From Clostridia bacterium (GTDB lineage: Bacteria > Bacillota > Clostridia > Oscillospirales > Acutalibacteraceae): a stretch of DNA of 50,475 nt. The position numbers were made by a program, and so were the translations under genes. The notes beneath the pieces are model-generated. The model saw only the letters and a list, made by a program, of their open reading frames with translations. It ran no database searches and had not been told where the DNA came from. Numbering within the stretch: position 1 is the first letter of the stretch; every line of letters starts with the position of its first letter. Shown piece after piece: positions 6,890 to 15,196 of the stretch. The DNA lies in NCBI GenBank assembly GCA_900767015.1, contig CAAFXQ010000261.1:1-50475 (forward strand). Direction: 5' to 3'.

Positions 6890-7723
6890 TTACGCCGCTT
6901 TCTGAATATCGTTTTCTGAGAACCTGATGCTGATTTCACCGATGCCGCCGTCAATTTCAATCTTGTTTTTGCCGGCACCGTAAACAGAGTCGTCTCTCAT
7001 GCTTTCGCCCTCGAGTCTTGCTTCACCGATGCCCTTGTCGATTTCAATCTGATAGTCCTCACGGCTTCCTAAAAGAGTCAGATTCGCTTCGCCGATTCCG
7101 TAGTTGAGGCTGCTTTTGCCCTCGATGCGGCTTTTGAGCGTCAGCTCGCCGACACCCATGTCCAGTTCGAGGTTGCAAAGCTTTCCGCCGTTTATTGTCA
7201 GCTCTCCGGCGCCGCCGTCAATGTCGGCACGGAAATTTGCCGTAAGATTGTTGATTTCGGCTTCACCGGCACCGAGGGAAAGCGTTAAAACGTCCGCTGA
7301 CAGTGCGTCGATTTTGACTTCGCCTGCGCCGGTTTCGATTGTTGCATCGTCAAAAACGAAGCCCTCGGGAACGTTTAAAACGATCGCAGCGGCTTTTGAA
7401 AATAAAGAGTACGTCTTTTTGGTTTCGTCAATACAAAGCTTGCTGTCGGTCACGCTGACCGAAATATATTTGTGATTGCTTTCGACCGAGAAGCTGTCAG
7501 AGGGCTTGATTCTCAGCTCAGCACCGGTGACGGTAAGCGAAAGAGAAGAGATCTCACCGTCAATCGGGTATACCTGCATTTCGCCGGCAGGTTCTCTGTC
7601 TTTGTCCGAAAAGATGTACGACACGCCGGCAAGCCCCGTAAAGATTCCGCCGATGATGCTGACGCTTAAAAAGACGGCAAACGCCATAGCAAGATATTTG
7701 ATTGCTTTTTGTACCGCTGTCAT
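6890..7723 (-). CDS. DUF4097-family beta-strand-repeat protein (LiaG-like) with an N-terminal TM anchor
   Basis: N-terminal TM helix followed by repeated G(A/I/V)GE(L/A/V) strand motifs (GAGEVKI, GAGEAEI, GAGELTI, GVGELTL, GIGEANL, GIGEARL, GIGEISI). Confidence 0.8.
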   Translation of the reverse strand: MTAVQKAIKYLAMAFAVFLSVSIIGGIFTGLAGVSYIFSDKDREPAGEMQVYPIDGEISSLSLTVTGAELRIKPSDSFSVESNHKYISVSVTDSKLCIDETKKTYSLFSKAAAIVLNVPEGFVFDDATIETGAGEVKIDALSADVLTLSLGAGEAEINNLTANFRADIDGGAGELTINGGKLCNLELDMGVGELTLKSRIEGKSSLNYGIGEANLTLLGSREDYQIEIDKGIGEARLEGESMRDDSVYGAGKNKIEIDGGIGEISIRFSENDIQKAA

Positions 7724-8403
7724 TTGATATCGACACCTCCGAACATACAGGTTGCGTTGACATACACGGTGACGGCACCGGGAACAGTCGGGTTATTTTT
7801 CTTGTCGGAAACACCGCCGAAAATCGAATTCGAATTGATTTTAACGTTCACCGTATCGGGAACAAAAATGTCAATTCCGCCGAAAATGCTTGTGGCGTTG
7901 ATAGCGCAGTCTTTGTCAATGATGGCGTGTCTCAGGTCGCACTTGACGCCGCCGAAAACCGCCGTAAGCTCGGCTCCGCTGAAGTGTTCGCCGTCAAAAT
8001 TCAGGTTCTGACCCGAAAAGGTGGCGCAGCCGGTTGGGATATTTTCGCCGTTCTGCTTTGAGCTTTCAAGAATCTTTGTCGCTTTGTCGCCGAAAACCGC
8101 ACCGAAAATCAGCTTCAGACCAATGAGGACGATAATAGCCGGGACGGCAAGCTTCCAGAGCATATCGAAGTCCAGCACATTCTGACAGCAAAGAAGCAGA
8201 AAGACACCGACCGCAAGTCCGATGAGGTTGCCGATTTTTTCTCTTTCGCTGAAAAGTCCGATAAAGCAGGGAATGATGATAAACAGCGTCCACCAACCGT
8301 CAAAGAAAAGCTCGATGTCGGTGACGCCGAACGCATTCAGGGCGAAGACAACGCCGGCAACAATAAACGCAACGCCCCATAAAATTTTACTGATCTTTTT
8401 CAT
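7720..8403 (-). CDS. LiaF-like cell wall-active antibiotic response protein
   Basis: N-terminal 4-TM region, then C-terminal FGGVKCDLRHA..IFGGIDIFVP..IFGGVSDKK repeats typical of the LiaF/YvqF C-domain. Start moved to 8403 (MKKISKIL), 7 nt after AAAGGAG. Confidence 0.8.
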   Translation of the reverse strand: MKKISKILWGVAFIVAGVVFALNAFGVTDIELFFDGWWTLFIIIPCFIGLFSEREKIGNLIGLAVGVFLLLCCQNVLDFDMLWKLAVPAIIVLIGLKLIFGAVFGDKATKILESSKQNGENIPTGCATFSGQNLNFDGEHFSGAELTAVFGGVKCDLRHAIIDKDCAINATSIFGGIDIFVPDTVNVKINSNSIFGGVSDKKNNPTVPGAVTVYVNATCMFGGVDIK

Positions 8404-8416
8404 GTTTCTACTCCTT

Positions 8417-10012
8417 TTACAGTGTTTCAAAAATTTTTGCGCCCTTCGTGTCAATCCATTTCAAGAGCAATACGCAGATTACCGCAAGAACAATAAAAGC
8501 GGTTATCAGATAAACGAGCGGCGTGATGAATTTCATGACCAGAAGGTAAAGTCCGCCGAGCGCCATGATAATGACCCAACCGCCGAACAGGGCAATCGTT
8601 ACACAAAGACTTTGCTTGACCGGGATGGTCGGATCTGTCCAATTGAGATTCGGCATTTTCAGATTGAGGGCAAGACCGATTAAAGCCATCAGAAAAATGA
8701 AAATCAGTGTGAAAGCTAAAATCGCAATGGCATACGGTAACGAAATTTTAAAAGCGATACAGACGCAGACCGCAAGCAAAACCGCCGGAATGACTGTCAG
8801 AAGAAGATGAAGCTGAAGCTTGGCGTGCAGAACTTTTTTCGCCGGAACCGGGAACGACTGCACAAGCCAGAGGTTTTTGCCCTCGAGGGAAACCGACGGA
8901 GAGGTGATATCGTTCATCGAACAGAGCATACAGACCGCCGCAGCCGCTAAAAGTGGTATGACGGTTGCGTGTTCGCCGAGCATTCCGGACAGCAGAGCGG
9001 CTAGATCCGAACCTTTTATCAGGAGGGCAACGGCCGCAATCGGCATCATCACAATGCCAAGCCCGCAGTTGAGCATATAAATTGAGCAGCCGAGAAAATT
9101 ACGAAGCTCTTTAAACAGCAAAGCCTTTTCGATTGAGGAAGTTTTCGCCGCCTTTTCTTTGTAGGCTTTCTTCGCCGTACCCTTGTTTGCCGTTGCGAGA
9201 GACAGAAAGCTTCTTGACAAAACAAGGTAGGTAACGAAAAACAAAGCGGCAACCATCAGCGTGAAAATGAGGAAAGAAATCACGTCCCCCTCTGCGCCGA
9301 GTCCCATCCGATAAAGCGGATACAGGATACTTTTTACGCTGCTTCCGGCTTTTTCGGGTGCAGCCAGAATCGACTGTATGATTTTTTGGGATTGCATGCA
9401 GATGTAGTAGTAACCGGAAACAAAGACAAGCGACAAAAGAACGGTGATGATGTTCTTGCTTTTGACCTTACTGCTGATTGCGGCGACGAAAAAGCCGAGA
9501 ATGCATGAAAGCGTCAGCACGAAAACCGAAAGAACAACCGGAAGAAGCAGGTTGAACACAACCGACAGCACCGTCGGTTTTACCGACAGAAAATAGACGA
9601 GCATTGTCGGAATCGCAATAATCAGCTCGTACATAAGACCGGTCAGGTAAACGCCGCAAAGTCTTATCAGAAGAATCTTTCCCGGCGGCACGGGAAGCGA
9701 CAAAAGAAAGTCGTTGTCCTTTGCCTTATAAAGGGAGGAATAGGTGCTAAATACACTGCCGAACACACCCATTGCCACAGCAATCAGTCCCATCAGGGCA
9801 AAATACAGCCAGCCGAAGCCAATGTCCGAAAGTGGCTTGCAAAGTGAGTTCGCCATCTGGAAAAAGAACACGCCGAGAAAGATGAAAATAAACAGGTACA
9901 AGGCGGCGTAGCCGATGATTCCGCCTTTTGAACGGCTTTTGCCGTTCTTGCGGTCAAAATAGACCCAGGAGAAAACCTCCAGCATCTGCTTTTTAAATAG
10001 AGCCTTTATCAT
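8417..10012 (-). CDS. Large polytopic membrane protein, putative ABC exporter permease (ABC_export-like)
   Basis: 531 aa with at least 10 hydrophobic segments. Start overlaps the stop of the upstream ATPase gene by 4 nt. Confidence 0.8.
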   Translation of the reverse strand: MIKALFKKQMLEVFSWVYFDRKNGKSRSKGGIIGYAALYLFIFIFLGVFFFQMANSLCKPLSDIGFGWLYFALMGLIAVAMGVFGSVFSTYSSLYKAKDNDFLLSLPVPPGKILLIRLCGVYLTGLMYELIIAIPTMLVYFLSVKPTVLSVVFNLLLPVVLSVFVLTLSCILGFFVAAISSKVKSKNIITVLLSLVFVSGYYYICMQSQKIIQSILAAPEKAGSSVKSILYPLYRMGLGAEGDVISFLIFTLMVAALFFVTYLVLSRSFLSLATANKGTAKKAYKEKAAKTSSIEKALLFKELRNFLGCSIYMLNCGLGIVMMPIAAVALLIKGSDLAALLSGMLGEHATVIPLLAAAAVCMLCSMNDITSPSVSLEGKNLWLVQSFPVPAKKVLHAKLQLHLLLTVIPAVLLAVCVCIAFKISLPYAIAILAFTLIFIFLMALIGLALNLKMPNLNWTDPTIPVKQSLCVTIALFGGWVIIMALGGLYLLVMKFITPLVYLITAFIVLAVICVLLLKWIDTKGAKIFETL

Positions 10013-10719
10013 TTTTCTTCCTCCAATTCAAGGAACACGTCTTCAAGCGAGGTATCGCCCTTCACTTCTTCGATTGTTCCCGATTGAATCAGTTTGCCGT
10101 TTTTGATGATTGCAATTTTGTCGCAAAGCTTTTCGGCGACCTCCAGAACGTGTGTCGAAAAGAAAATAGCGCCGCCATTATCACAAATCCCTCTCATCAG
10201 CTGTTTTAACAGGTGAGACGCTTTCGGGTCAAGTCCGACGAAAGGTTCGTCCATGATGACGAGCTTCGGGGAATGAATCAGGGCGGAAATAATCGCAAGC
10301 TTTTGCTTCATGCCGTGCGAATACGACGAAACCGCTTCGGCAAGAGTGTCGGTGATTTCGAACGCATCCGCAAGCTCACGGATTTTCTTTTGCCGTTCGT
10401 CAGCCGGCACGCCGAAAACGTCCGCCACAAAATTCAGGTACTGAATCCCCGTCATGAAATCGTACAGGTCGGGGTTGTCGGGAATATAAGCAAGAACCGA
10501 CTTACAGATGAGCGGCTTTTCTTTCATCGAAACGCCGTCGATTGTAATTTCGCCGCTGTCAAACTGCAAAATGCCGCAGCAAGACTTGATCGTCGTTGTT
10601 TTTCCGGCGCCGTTATGACCGATGAAGCCGTAGATTTCGCCGGGGGCGATATGAAGCGAAAGGTCGTCAACCGCCTTTTTGTCGCCGTAGGTTTTGGTAA
10701 GATGTTCAATTTTAAGCAT
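10009..10719 (-). CDS. ABC transporter ATP-binding protein
   Basis: Walker A GHNGAGKTT, YSHGMKQK signature variant, Walker B LVIMDEP. Start moved to 10719 (MLKIEHLTKTYG) behind AAGGAG; the track start at 10782 would overlap tetR by 50 nt. Confidence 0.9.
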   Translation of the reverse strand: MLKIEHLTKTYGDKKAVDDLSLHIAPGEIYGFIGHNGAGKTTTIKSCCGILQFDSGEITIDGVSMKEKPLICKSVLAYIPDNPDLYDFMTGIQYLNFVADVFGVPADERQKKIRELADAFEITDTLAEAVSSYSHGMKQKLAIISALIHSPKLVIMDEPFVGLDPKASHLLKQLMRGICDNGGAIFFSTHVLEVAEKLCDKIAIIKNGKLIQSGTIEEVKGDTSLEDVFLELEEEK

Positions 10720-10732
10720 ATTCAAAATCTCC

Positions 10733-11350
10733 TTATGATTTGTTATTGTCCTTTGAGGGGGTGATGACAAACTGATTGGCATAGCCGGATTTTACGAGCA
10801 TCATCATGCCTTTAAAGTTGTCGCTGAGCATTTCGCTGATTTCGTCGTCGGTAAAGTGACAGGTGCCTGTGGCGCACATGACGCAGATTCCGAAGTTGTG
10901 AATCCATGCGTGCTCAAACAAGAGCATCGCCATATCCGGCTCAAGGTGATAATCACGCTCGATAATCTGAATGCAGGCTTTTGCGGTTCTTCCGAGGTTC
11001 GAGAAAACGTCAACAAAGCTGTGTGCAAAACCGTTTTCCGTCATGAACAGAAGCTGAAACAGCTTTGGTTCCTGCTTGGAAAAAAGCACCATCTGCATAC
11101 CGTACTTTTTAAAAGCCGGGGTATAATCAAGCGCTCTTTCGACAAATTCATCGTACCGTTTCATCGCCGCCTCCCGTACTGCCTGTGCGACCTCCTCCAT
11201 ATTTTTAAAAACGGTGAAAATCGGGCGGGAGGAGCTTCCGAGGTAAGCGCTCAGCTCCCGGGCGGTCAGCGCTTCGATGCCGTTTGCGCTGACAAGTGTC
11301 AGGGCGGCTTCAACAATTTCTTCTTTTGTGAATTTCGGTTTAGGCGGCAT
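10733..11350 (-). CDS. TetR/AcrR family transcriptional regulator
   Basis: N-terminal HTH: FTKEEIVEAALTLVSANGIEALTARELSAYLGSSSRPIFTVFKNMEEV. Confidence 0.9.
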   Translation of the reverse strand: MPPKPKFTKEEIVEAALTLVSANGIEALTARELSAYLGSSSRPIFTVFKNMEEVAQAVREAAMKRYDEFVERALDYTPAFKKYGMQMVLFSKQEPKLFQLLFMTENGFAHSFVDVFSNLGRTAKACIQIIERDYHLEPDMAMLLFEHAWIHNFGICVMCATGTCHFTDDEISEMLSDNFKGMMMLVKSGYANQFVITPSKDNNKS

Positions 11351-11363
11351 TTGACAATCAACT

Positions 11364-11418
11364 CCGTTTTAAATTTGTTGTTTTAAAACATCTGTTTTAA
11401 AACGTTTGTTTTATTATA
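11364..11418. promoter_or_regulatory. Array of four phased palindromic operator-like sites (TGTTTTAAAACA type)
   Basis: cGTTTTAAAt (11365..11374), TGTTTTAAAACA (11379..11390, perfect 12-bp palindrome), TGTTTTAAAACg (11393..11404) and TGTTTTAttA (11407..11416, overlapping the -10 box). Site centres are spaced exactly 14 bp apart. Confidence 0.55.
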
Positions 11419-11441
11419 TGACCGGTAAATGAAAAAGTCAA
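11413..11441 (-). promoter_or_regulatory. Consensus promoter of the tetR-led cluster
   Basis: On the minus strand: TTGACT (11436..11441), 17 nt, TATAAT (11413..11418). Confidence 0.65.
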
Positions 11442-11654
11442 GAGAAAAAAGGAAAATGTTTTAAGCTTTTCGACTCATTTTTCGATCATTCTGTTCTTCT
11501 GCTTTTGAGAAATAACAATTCATAAGGTGGGTAAGCAGAAAAGCACAAACCAACCGACCCACATACCTACTATCGAAAGAATTCAAATTGAATTCCACTG
11601 AATAAATCATTCCCATATGCCGATAATAATAAAAAAATATCAGCAGGTGATTCT

Positions 11655-11825
11655 ATGTCTGACCCCAAAAACTTCCCCTCGGAAATACAAAAACGCTTCT
11701 ATTCTCTTCCCCCGTTTATTCAGGAAACCATTCTTCAAAGCGGTGTTCAGGTTCAGTCCGTCGAACAGCTTGACAGTCTTGCAAAAGACCTTGCCAAAGC
11801 GGACAAGACGGAAAACGACAGCTGA
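11655..11825 (+). CDS. 56-aa small protein of unknown function (not in the ORF track; below its length cutoff)
   Basis: MSDPKNFPSEIQKRFYSLPPFIQETILQSGVQVQSVEQLDSLAKDLAKADKTENDS. AGGTGA lies 4 nt upstream. Normal codon and amino-acid composition. Strong hairpin terminator 40 nt downstream. Confidence 0.55.
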   Translation: MSDPKNFPSEIQKRFYSLPPFIQETILQSGVQVQSVEQLDSLAKDLAKADKTENDS

Positions 11826-11865
11826 AAGCCTGATAAGATTTCAGAAAGCGGAAGCCAAACAGAAT

Positions 11866-11915
11866 AAATCACCGCCTTCGGCACATGACCCGAAAGCGGT
11901 GATTTGTTTGTTATG
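11866..11915. terminator. Bidirectional terminator between the 56-aa ORF (+) and the hydrolase gene (-)
   Basis: AAATCACCGC (11866..11875) pairs with GCGGTGATTT (11896..11905), with an inner TTCGG/CCGAA stem. Followed by TGTTTGTTATGTTTT. Confidence 0.7.
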
Positions 11916-11920
11916 TTTTG

Positions 11921-12895
11921 TTATTTTGCGGCAACCTTGGTTTCTGTAATAAACTTGTCAATAAACTCATCAAGCTTTGCCTCGTAATCGGCCTGACCGT
12001 CAATATAACTTTGTGCATGATCGGCGCCGTCAACAATCAGTAAATCCTTGTCACGGCTTGCGCAGGCATCATAAAGAATATACGCCATATAGGTCGGCAC
12101 GAAAACATCGGCTCCGCCGTGAACGAAAAGCATCGGCACACTTGCTTTCTTAACGCTTTCGAGTGCGCTTGTATCTTTAAAATCGAAACCGGCTCTGTGC
12201 TTGTTGATGGCGTTGACGGTATTGAGAATCGGCTGAACCGGAATTTTCATCGCTTTCAGCTTGTATTCAAACTCGTCCCATGCGCTTGTGTATCCGCAGT
12301 CGGAAACGATGAATTTAACGTTCCGGCACAGGTTCCCCGCTCCGCTCATCATCATGACCGTTGCCGCACCCATCGAAACACCGTGTACGATAATCTGAAT
12401 GTTTTCACCGAAAGAATCGGTAAGGAAGGTCAGCCATTTGAGCGCATCGGCATATTCGAAGCGGTCAAAGCTTATGTACTTGCCCTCGCTTTCGCCGGCG
12501 GCGATATGATCGATTAAAAAGACATTGAAGCCCTTTTTGAGATAATACTGCGCAAAGGCGTTGAATTCTTTTCTTCCGTCACTTCTGTATCCGTGACAAC
12601 CGAGAACAAAAACATCGGACGGTTTTTCGGGCTTCATCAGATAGCCGACAAGCCTTTGACCCCGGTCAGATTGAATCGAATATTTTTCATATCCGTAGCC
12701 CTCAAGCCATTTCATGTTGGTTTCACAAAGTTCAGCAAGCGAGGAGATATCCGCTCCGGAAACCTTGTCAGAGAAGGATTGCGGAACCGCATAGCGGCGG
12801 TCTACGAGAAGCTTATCAATCAGGTCGGCCATTACATAATATCCTGTTGCGGCGGCAGCGGCTGTTCCCAGAACGGCTTTTGTTATCTTTTTCAT
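11921..12895 (-). CDS. Alpha/beta hydrolase with an N-terminal membrane anchor
   Basis: GCHGYRSDG.., nucleophile elbow HGVSMGA, C-terminal HGGAD and DGADH. Start moved to 12895 (MKKITKAVLG), downstream of GGGAGAA. Confidence 0.85.
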   Translation of the reverse strand: MKKITKAVLGTAAAAATGYYVMADLIDKLLVDRRYAVPQSFSDKVSGADISSLAELCETNMKWLEGYGYEKYSIQSDRGQRLVGYLMKPEKPSDVFVLGCHGYRSDGRKEFNAFAQYYLKKGFNVFLIDHIAAGESEGKYISFDRFEYADALKWLTFLTDSFGENIQIIVHGVSMGAATVMMMSGAGNLCRNVKFIVSDCGYTSAWDEFEYKLKAMKIPVQPILNTVNAINKHRAGFDFKDTSALESVKKASVPMLFVHGGADVFVPTYMAYILYDACASRDKDLLIVDGADHAQSYIDGQADYEAKLDEFIDKFITETKVAAK

Positions 12896-12988
12896 CGTGC
12901 TTTCTCCCTTCGGATTGGTAAGCTTTATTTTACCATAATTTTCCTCATATAACAAGCGTTCACACTGATTTTCATTTTGTTTTATATT

Positions 12989-13705
12989 CTATTCATCAAT
13001 CAGATCTTTGATAACCTCGCCGGCAATCATCAGCCCGGCAACCGACGGAACAAACGAAACACTTCCGGGTGTGCTTCGGCGGGCGCTGTCCGGCTCCGCC
13101 TGCGGCTGACCCTTCGGCGTCATGGCAGGCTCTTTTGAATAAACAACCTTGAGTTTGCGGATTCCCCTTTTTTTCAGCTCCCGTCTCATGACCCTTGCCA
13201 GCGGACAGACCGAGGTCTGATAAATATCGGCAACTTCAAAAGCAGTCGGATCCAGCTTGTTTCCGGTGCCCATTGAGCTGATAATCGGCACCCCTGCGGC
13301 CGTGCACCTTTCAGCAAGCAAAAGCTTCGCCGTCACGGTGTCTACGGCGTCAATTACATAATCATATCCGGAAAAGTTGAAGTCGTCCGCTGTTTCGGGG
13401 AGAAAAAAGATTCTTCTTTCCGTCACCTCGGCAAGGGGATTGATATCTTCAATCATTTTTTTCATCACTTCGGTTTTGTATTGTCCTACGGTGCTGTGAA
13501 ACGCAACGATCTGACGGTTGATATTCGACAGGGCAACCGTGTCGCTGTCAATCAGTTCGATTTTTCCGACACCCGAGCGGGCAAGGGCCTGTGCAGCAAA
13601 GCCGCCGACACCGCCGACGCCGAAAACGGCAACTCTTGCCGCCGCAAGCTTCGCCATCGCTTCTTCTCCTAACAGCATTTGTGTTCTTGAAAACTCTTCC
13701 CTCAT
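12989..13705 (-). CDS. tcdA: tRNA threonylcarbamoyladenosine dehydratase (ThiF/E1-like)
   Basis: FSRTQMLLGEEAMAKLAAARVAVFGVGGVGGFAAQALARSGVGKIELIDSDTVALSNINRQ. Confidence 0.88.
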   Translation of the reverse strand: MREEFSRTQMLLGEEAMAKLAAARVAVFGVGGVGGFAAQALARSGVGKIELIDSDTVALSNINRQIVAFHSTVGQYKTEVMKKMIEDINPLAEVTERRIFFLPETADDFNFSGYDYVIDAVDTVTAKLLLAERCTAAGVPIISSMGTGNKLDPTAFEVADIYQTSVCPLARVMRRELKKRGIRKLKVVYSKEPAMTPKGQPQAEPDSARRSTPGSVSFVPSVAGLMIAGEVIKDLIDE

Positions 13706-13752
13706 AGCTTTTCTCCCGTTTCTGAAATGAAGACTATAAAATTACATGCTTG

Positions 13753-13781
13753 ATTGTACACGGACAGCGTCCTGATGTCAA
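13753..13781 (-). promoter_or_regulatory. Probable tcdA promoter
   Basis: On the minus strand: TTGACA (13776..13781), 17 nt, TACAAT (13753..13758). Confidence 0.55.
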
Positions 13782-13793
13782 GAAAGCCGGATA

Positions 13794-13826
13794 ACAAAAA
13801 CAGACCGCAGAAAAAACCACGGTCTG
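13794..13826 (-). terminator. Terminator of the 41-aa ORF
   Basis: CAGACCG pairs with CGGTCTG (13801..13807 / 13820..13826), followed on the minus strand by TTTTTGT. Confidence 0.65.
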
Positions 13827-13849
13827 TTCTCGTCAGTATGTTCCAAAGA

Positions 13850-13975
13850 TTATTCTTCGTCTTCACCGTTGTCGGGTACATCAAGTCCTAAAAGAGAACG
13901 GATGATACCGAAGATGAAATTGATAATCTGAAGAATGAGATCTTTGTCTTTTTCTCCCTTTAAAAACTGAAACAT
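13850..13975 (-). CDS. 41-aa small protein of unknown function (not in the ORF track)
   Basis: MFQFLKGEKDKDLILQIINFIFGIIRSLLGLDVPDNGEDEE. GGAGGGAG lies 8 nt upstream. It has its own promoter (14014..14041) and terminator (13794..13826). Confidence 0.55.
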   Translation of the reverse strand: MFQFLKGEKDKDLILQIINFIFGIIRSLLGLDVPDNGEDEE

Positions 13976-14013
13976 AGAAATGTCTCCCTCCGTATGAGTT
14001 AAATACAAGACGT

Positions 14014-14041
14014 ATTATACATACAATTTATGAACAAACAA
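14014..14041 (-). promoter_or_regulatory. Probable promoter of the 41-aa ORF
   Basis: On the minus strand: TTGTTT (14036..14041), 16 nt, TATAAT (14014..14019). Confidence 0.4.
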
Positions 14042-14147
14042 AAAACATAATTTTAACACTGTTTTAAAATTATATAAAAAACTTTATAATCAGGCGATTT
14101 TTGTGTGCAGTTTCCACATATCACGCCGGCTTGTGTTCATAATATGG

Positions 14148-14987
14148 TTATCCGTCGATGCCGCATTTGCGGCAATTCTCCTGATGCTCCCGATACGTTG
14201 ACGCATAATAATAATTGTCGTCCTGATCGGTTACGAAAAAGAAATAATCGGTCTTTTCCGGATACAGAGCGGCTTCAATTGCCTCAAGCCCCGGATTACA
14301 GATGGCGCCTGCCGGAAGTCCGCTGCACTTATAGGTGTTGTAAAGAGCGGCAAAGTCGGTCTCTCCGTCGGTAAGATATTCGGAATCGGTAACATAATCA
14401 TTGATATAGTTGATCGTAACGTCGCATTGAAGCTTTCCATACGCCGGACTTTCAATACGGTTGTGCAAGACAGACGACACCTTTCCCATCTGTTCTTTCA
14501 TGCCGGCTTCTTTTTGAATAATCGAAGCGAGGGCAAGAATCCGGTCAAGCGTATAACCAAGCTGCTCCGCTCTTAACGCATATTCGTCCGTAAGCTTTGA
14601 CGCTGTATTCTTCAAAAATCGTTTCAGCACGCTTTGGGCGTTTTCGCCCCGGTAAAATTCATATGTGTCCGGAAAAAGAAATCCTTCCAAAAGAAACGGC
14701 CGCGCATCGGGATTGTTGATTTCCGCAAGAAACGGAAACTCCTCATAAAAGTCACCCGGAGACTGTACCTGAGCGATAAAATCCTTTGCCGGACAAACAT
14801 CGTTTTCCTCAAGCCGCTTTGCAATCTGAACCGCCGTAAAGCCTTCGGGGAACGTAACTTTAACGGTCGGACTGAGCGTTGTCTGCGGTTCGGTCGTCGG
14901 CTGTGACTGCCCGAGTTTTTCTCCGCCACAGCCGCAAAAAAGGGCAAGTACCAAAAGAAAAGATAAAACAGACGCTATTTTTTTCAT
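14148..14987 (-). CDS. mltG: Endolytic murein transglycosylase MltG (YceG-like), lipoprotein-type signal
   Basis: LALFCGCGG lipobox; LASIIQKEAG, VLHNRI, YNTYKCSGLPAGAICNPGLEAIEAALYP are YceG-family signatures. Confidence 0.9.
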   Translation of the reverse strand: MKKIASVLSFLLVLALFCGCGGEKLGQSQPTTEPQTTLSPTVKVTFPEGFTAVQIAKRLEENDVCPAKDFIAQVQSPGDFYEEFPFLAEINNPDARPFLLEGFLFPDTYEFYRGENAQSVLKRFLKNTASKLTDEYALRAEQLGYTLDRILALASIIQKEAGMKEQMGKVSSVLHNRIESPAYGKLQCDVTINYINDYVTDSEYLTDGETDFAALYNTYKCSGLPAGAICNPGLEAIEAALYPEKTDYFFFVTDQDDNYYYASTYREHQENCRKCGIDG

Positions 14988-15133
14988 GGTTTTTTCCTTT
15001 CATTGTTTTTTGAAATTATACCATAAAAGAGCCTGAAAGCCAAAGAAAATAGCAAAAATGTAAGAAAAAAGTAAAAAACTGACAATTCGTCTGTCAAAAA
15101 TTGTGTATCTGACGATGTTTTTTTTATAAAGAC

Positions 15134-15162
15134 TTGAAAAAAACGACGGATTGTTATAAAAT
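15134..15162 (+). promoter_or_regulatory. Possible efp promoter
   Basis: TTGAAA (15134..15139), 17 nt, TAAAAT (15157..15162). Confidence 0.4.
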
Positions 15163-15196
15163 AAACGGGTAAACTATATACTCGGAGGAATATCAA

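Noticed and set aside
11617-11949. 110-aa plus-strand ORF in the tetR-hydrolase intergenic region.
   Set aside because: It has a basic, low-complexity translation, reads through the 11866..11905 terminator hairpin and overlaps the 3' end of the hydrolase gene. The 56-aa ORF in another frame has better signals.
649-12955. Longest-ORF start codons from the track at 649, 2195, 3253, 8454, 10782 and 12955.
   Set aside because: In each case a downstream ATG has a properly spaced SD and gives the canonical family N-terminus (e.g. MKCPFCG for NrdR, MNIWHD for PPase). The upstream extensions lack an SD or overlap the neighbouring gene.
13702-13884. 60-aa minus-strand ORF between the 41-aa ORF and tcdA.
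   Set aside because: It has no RBS. It spans the 13794..13826 terminator and the tcdA promoter and overlaps the tcdA start.
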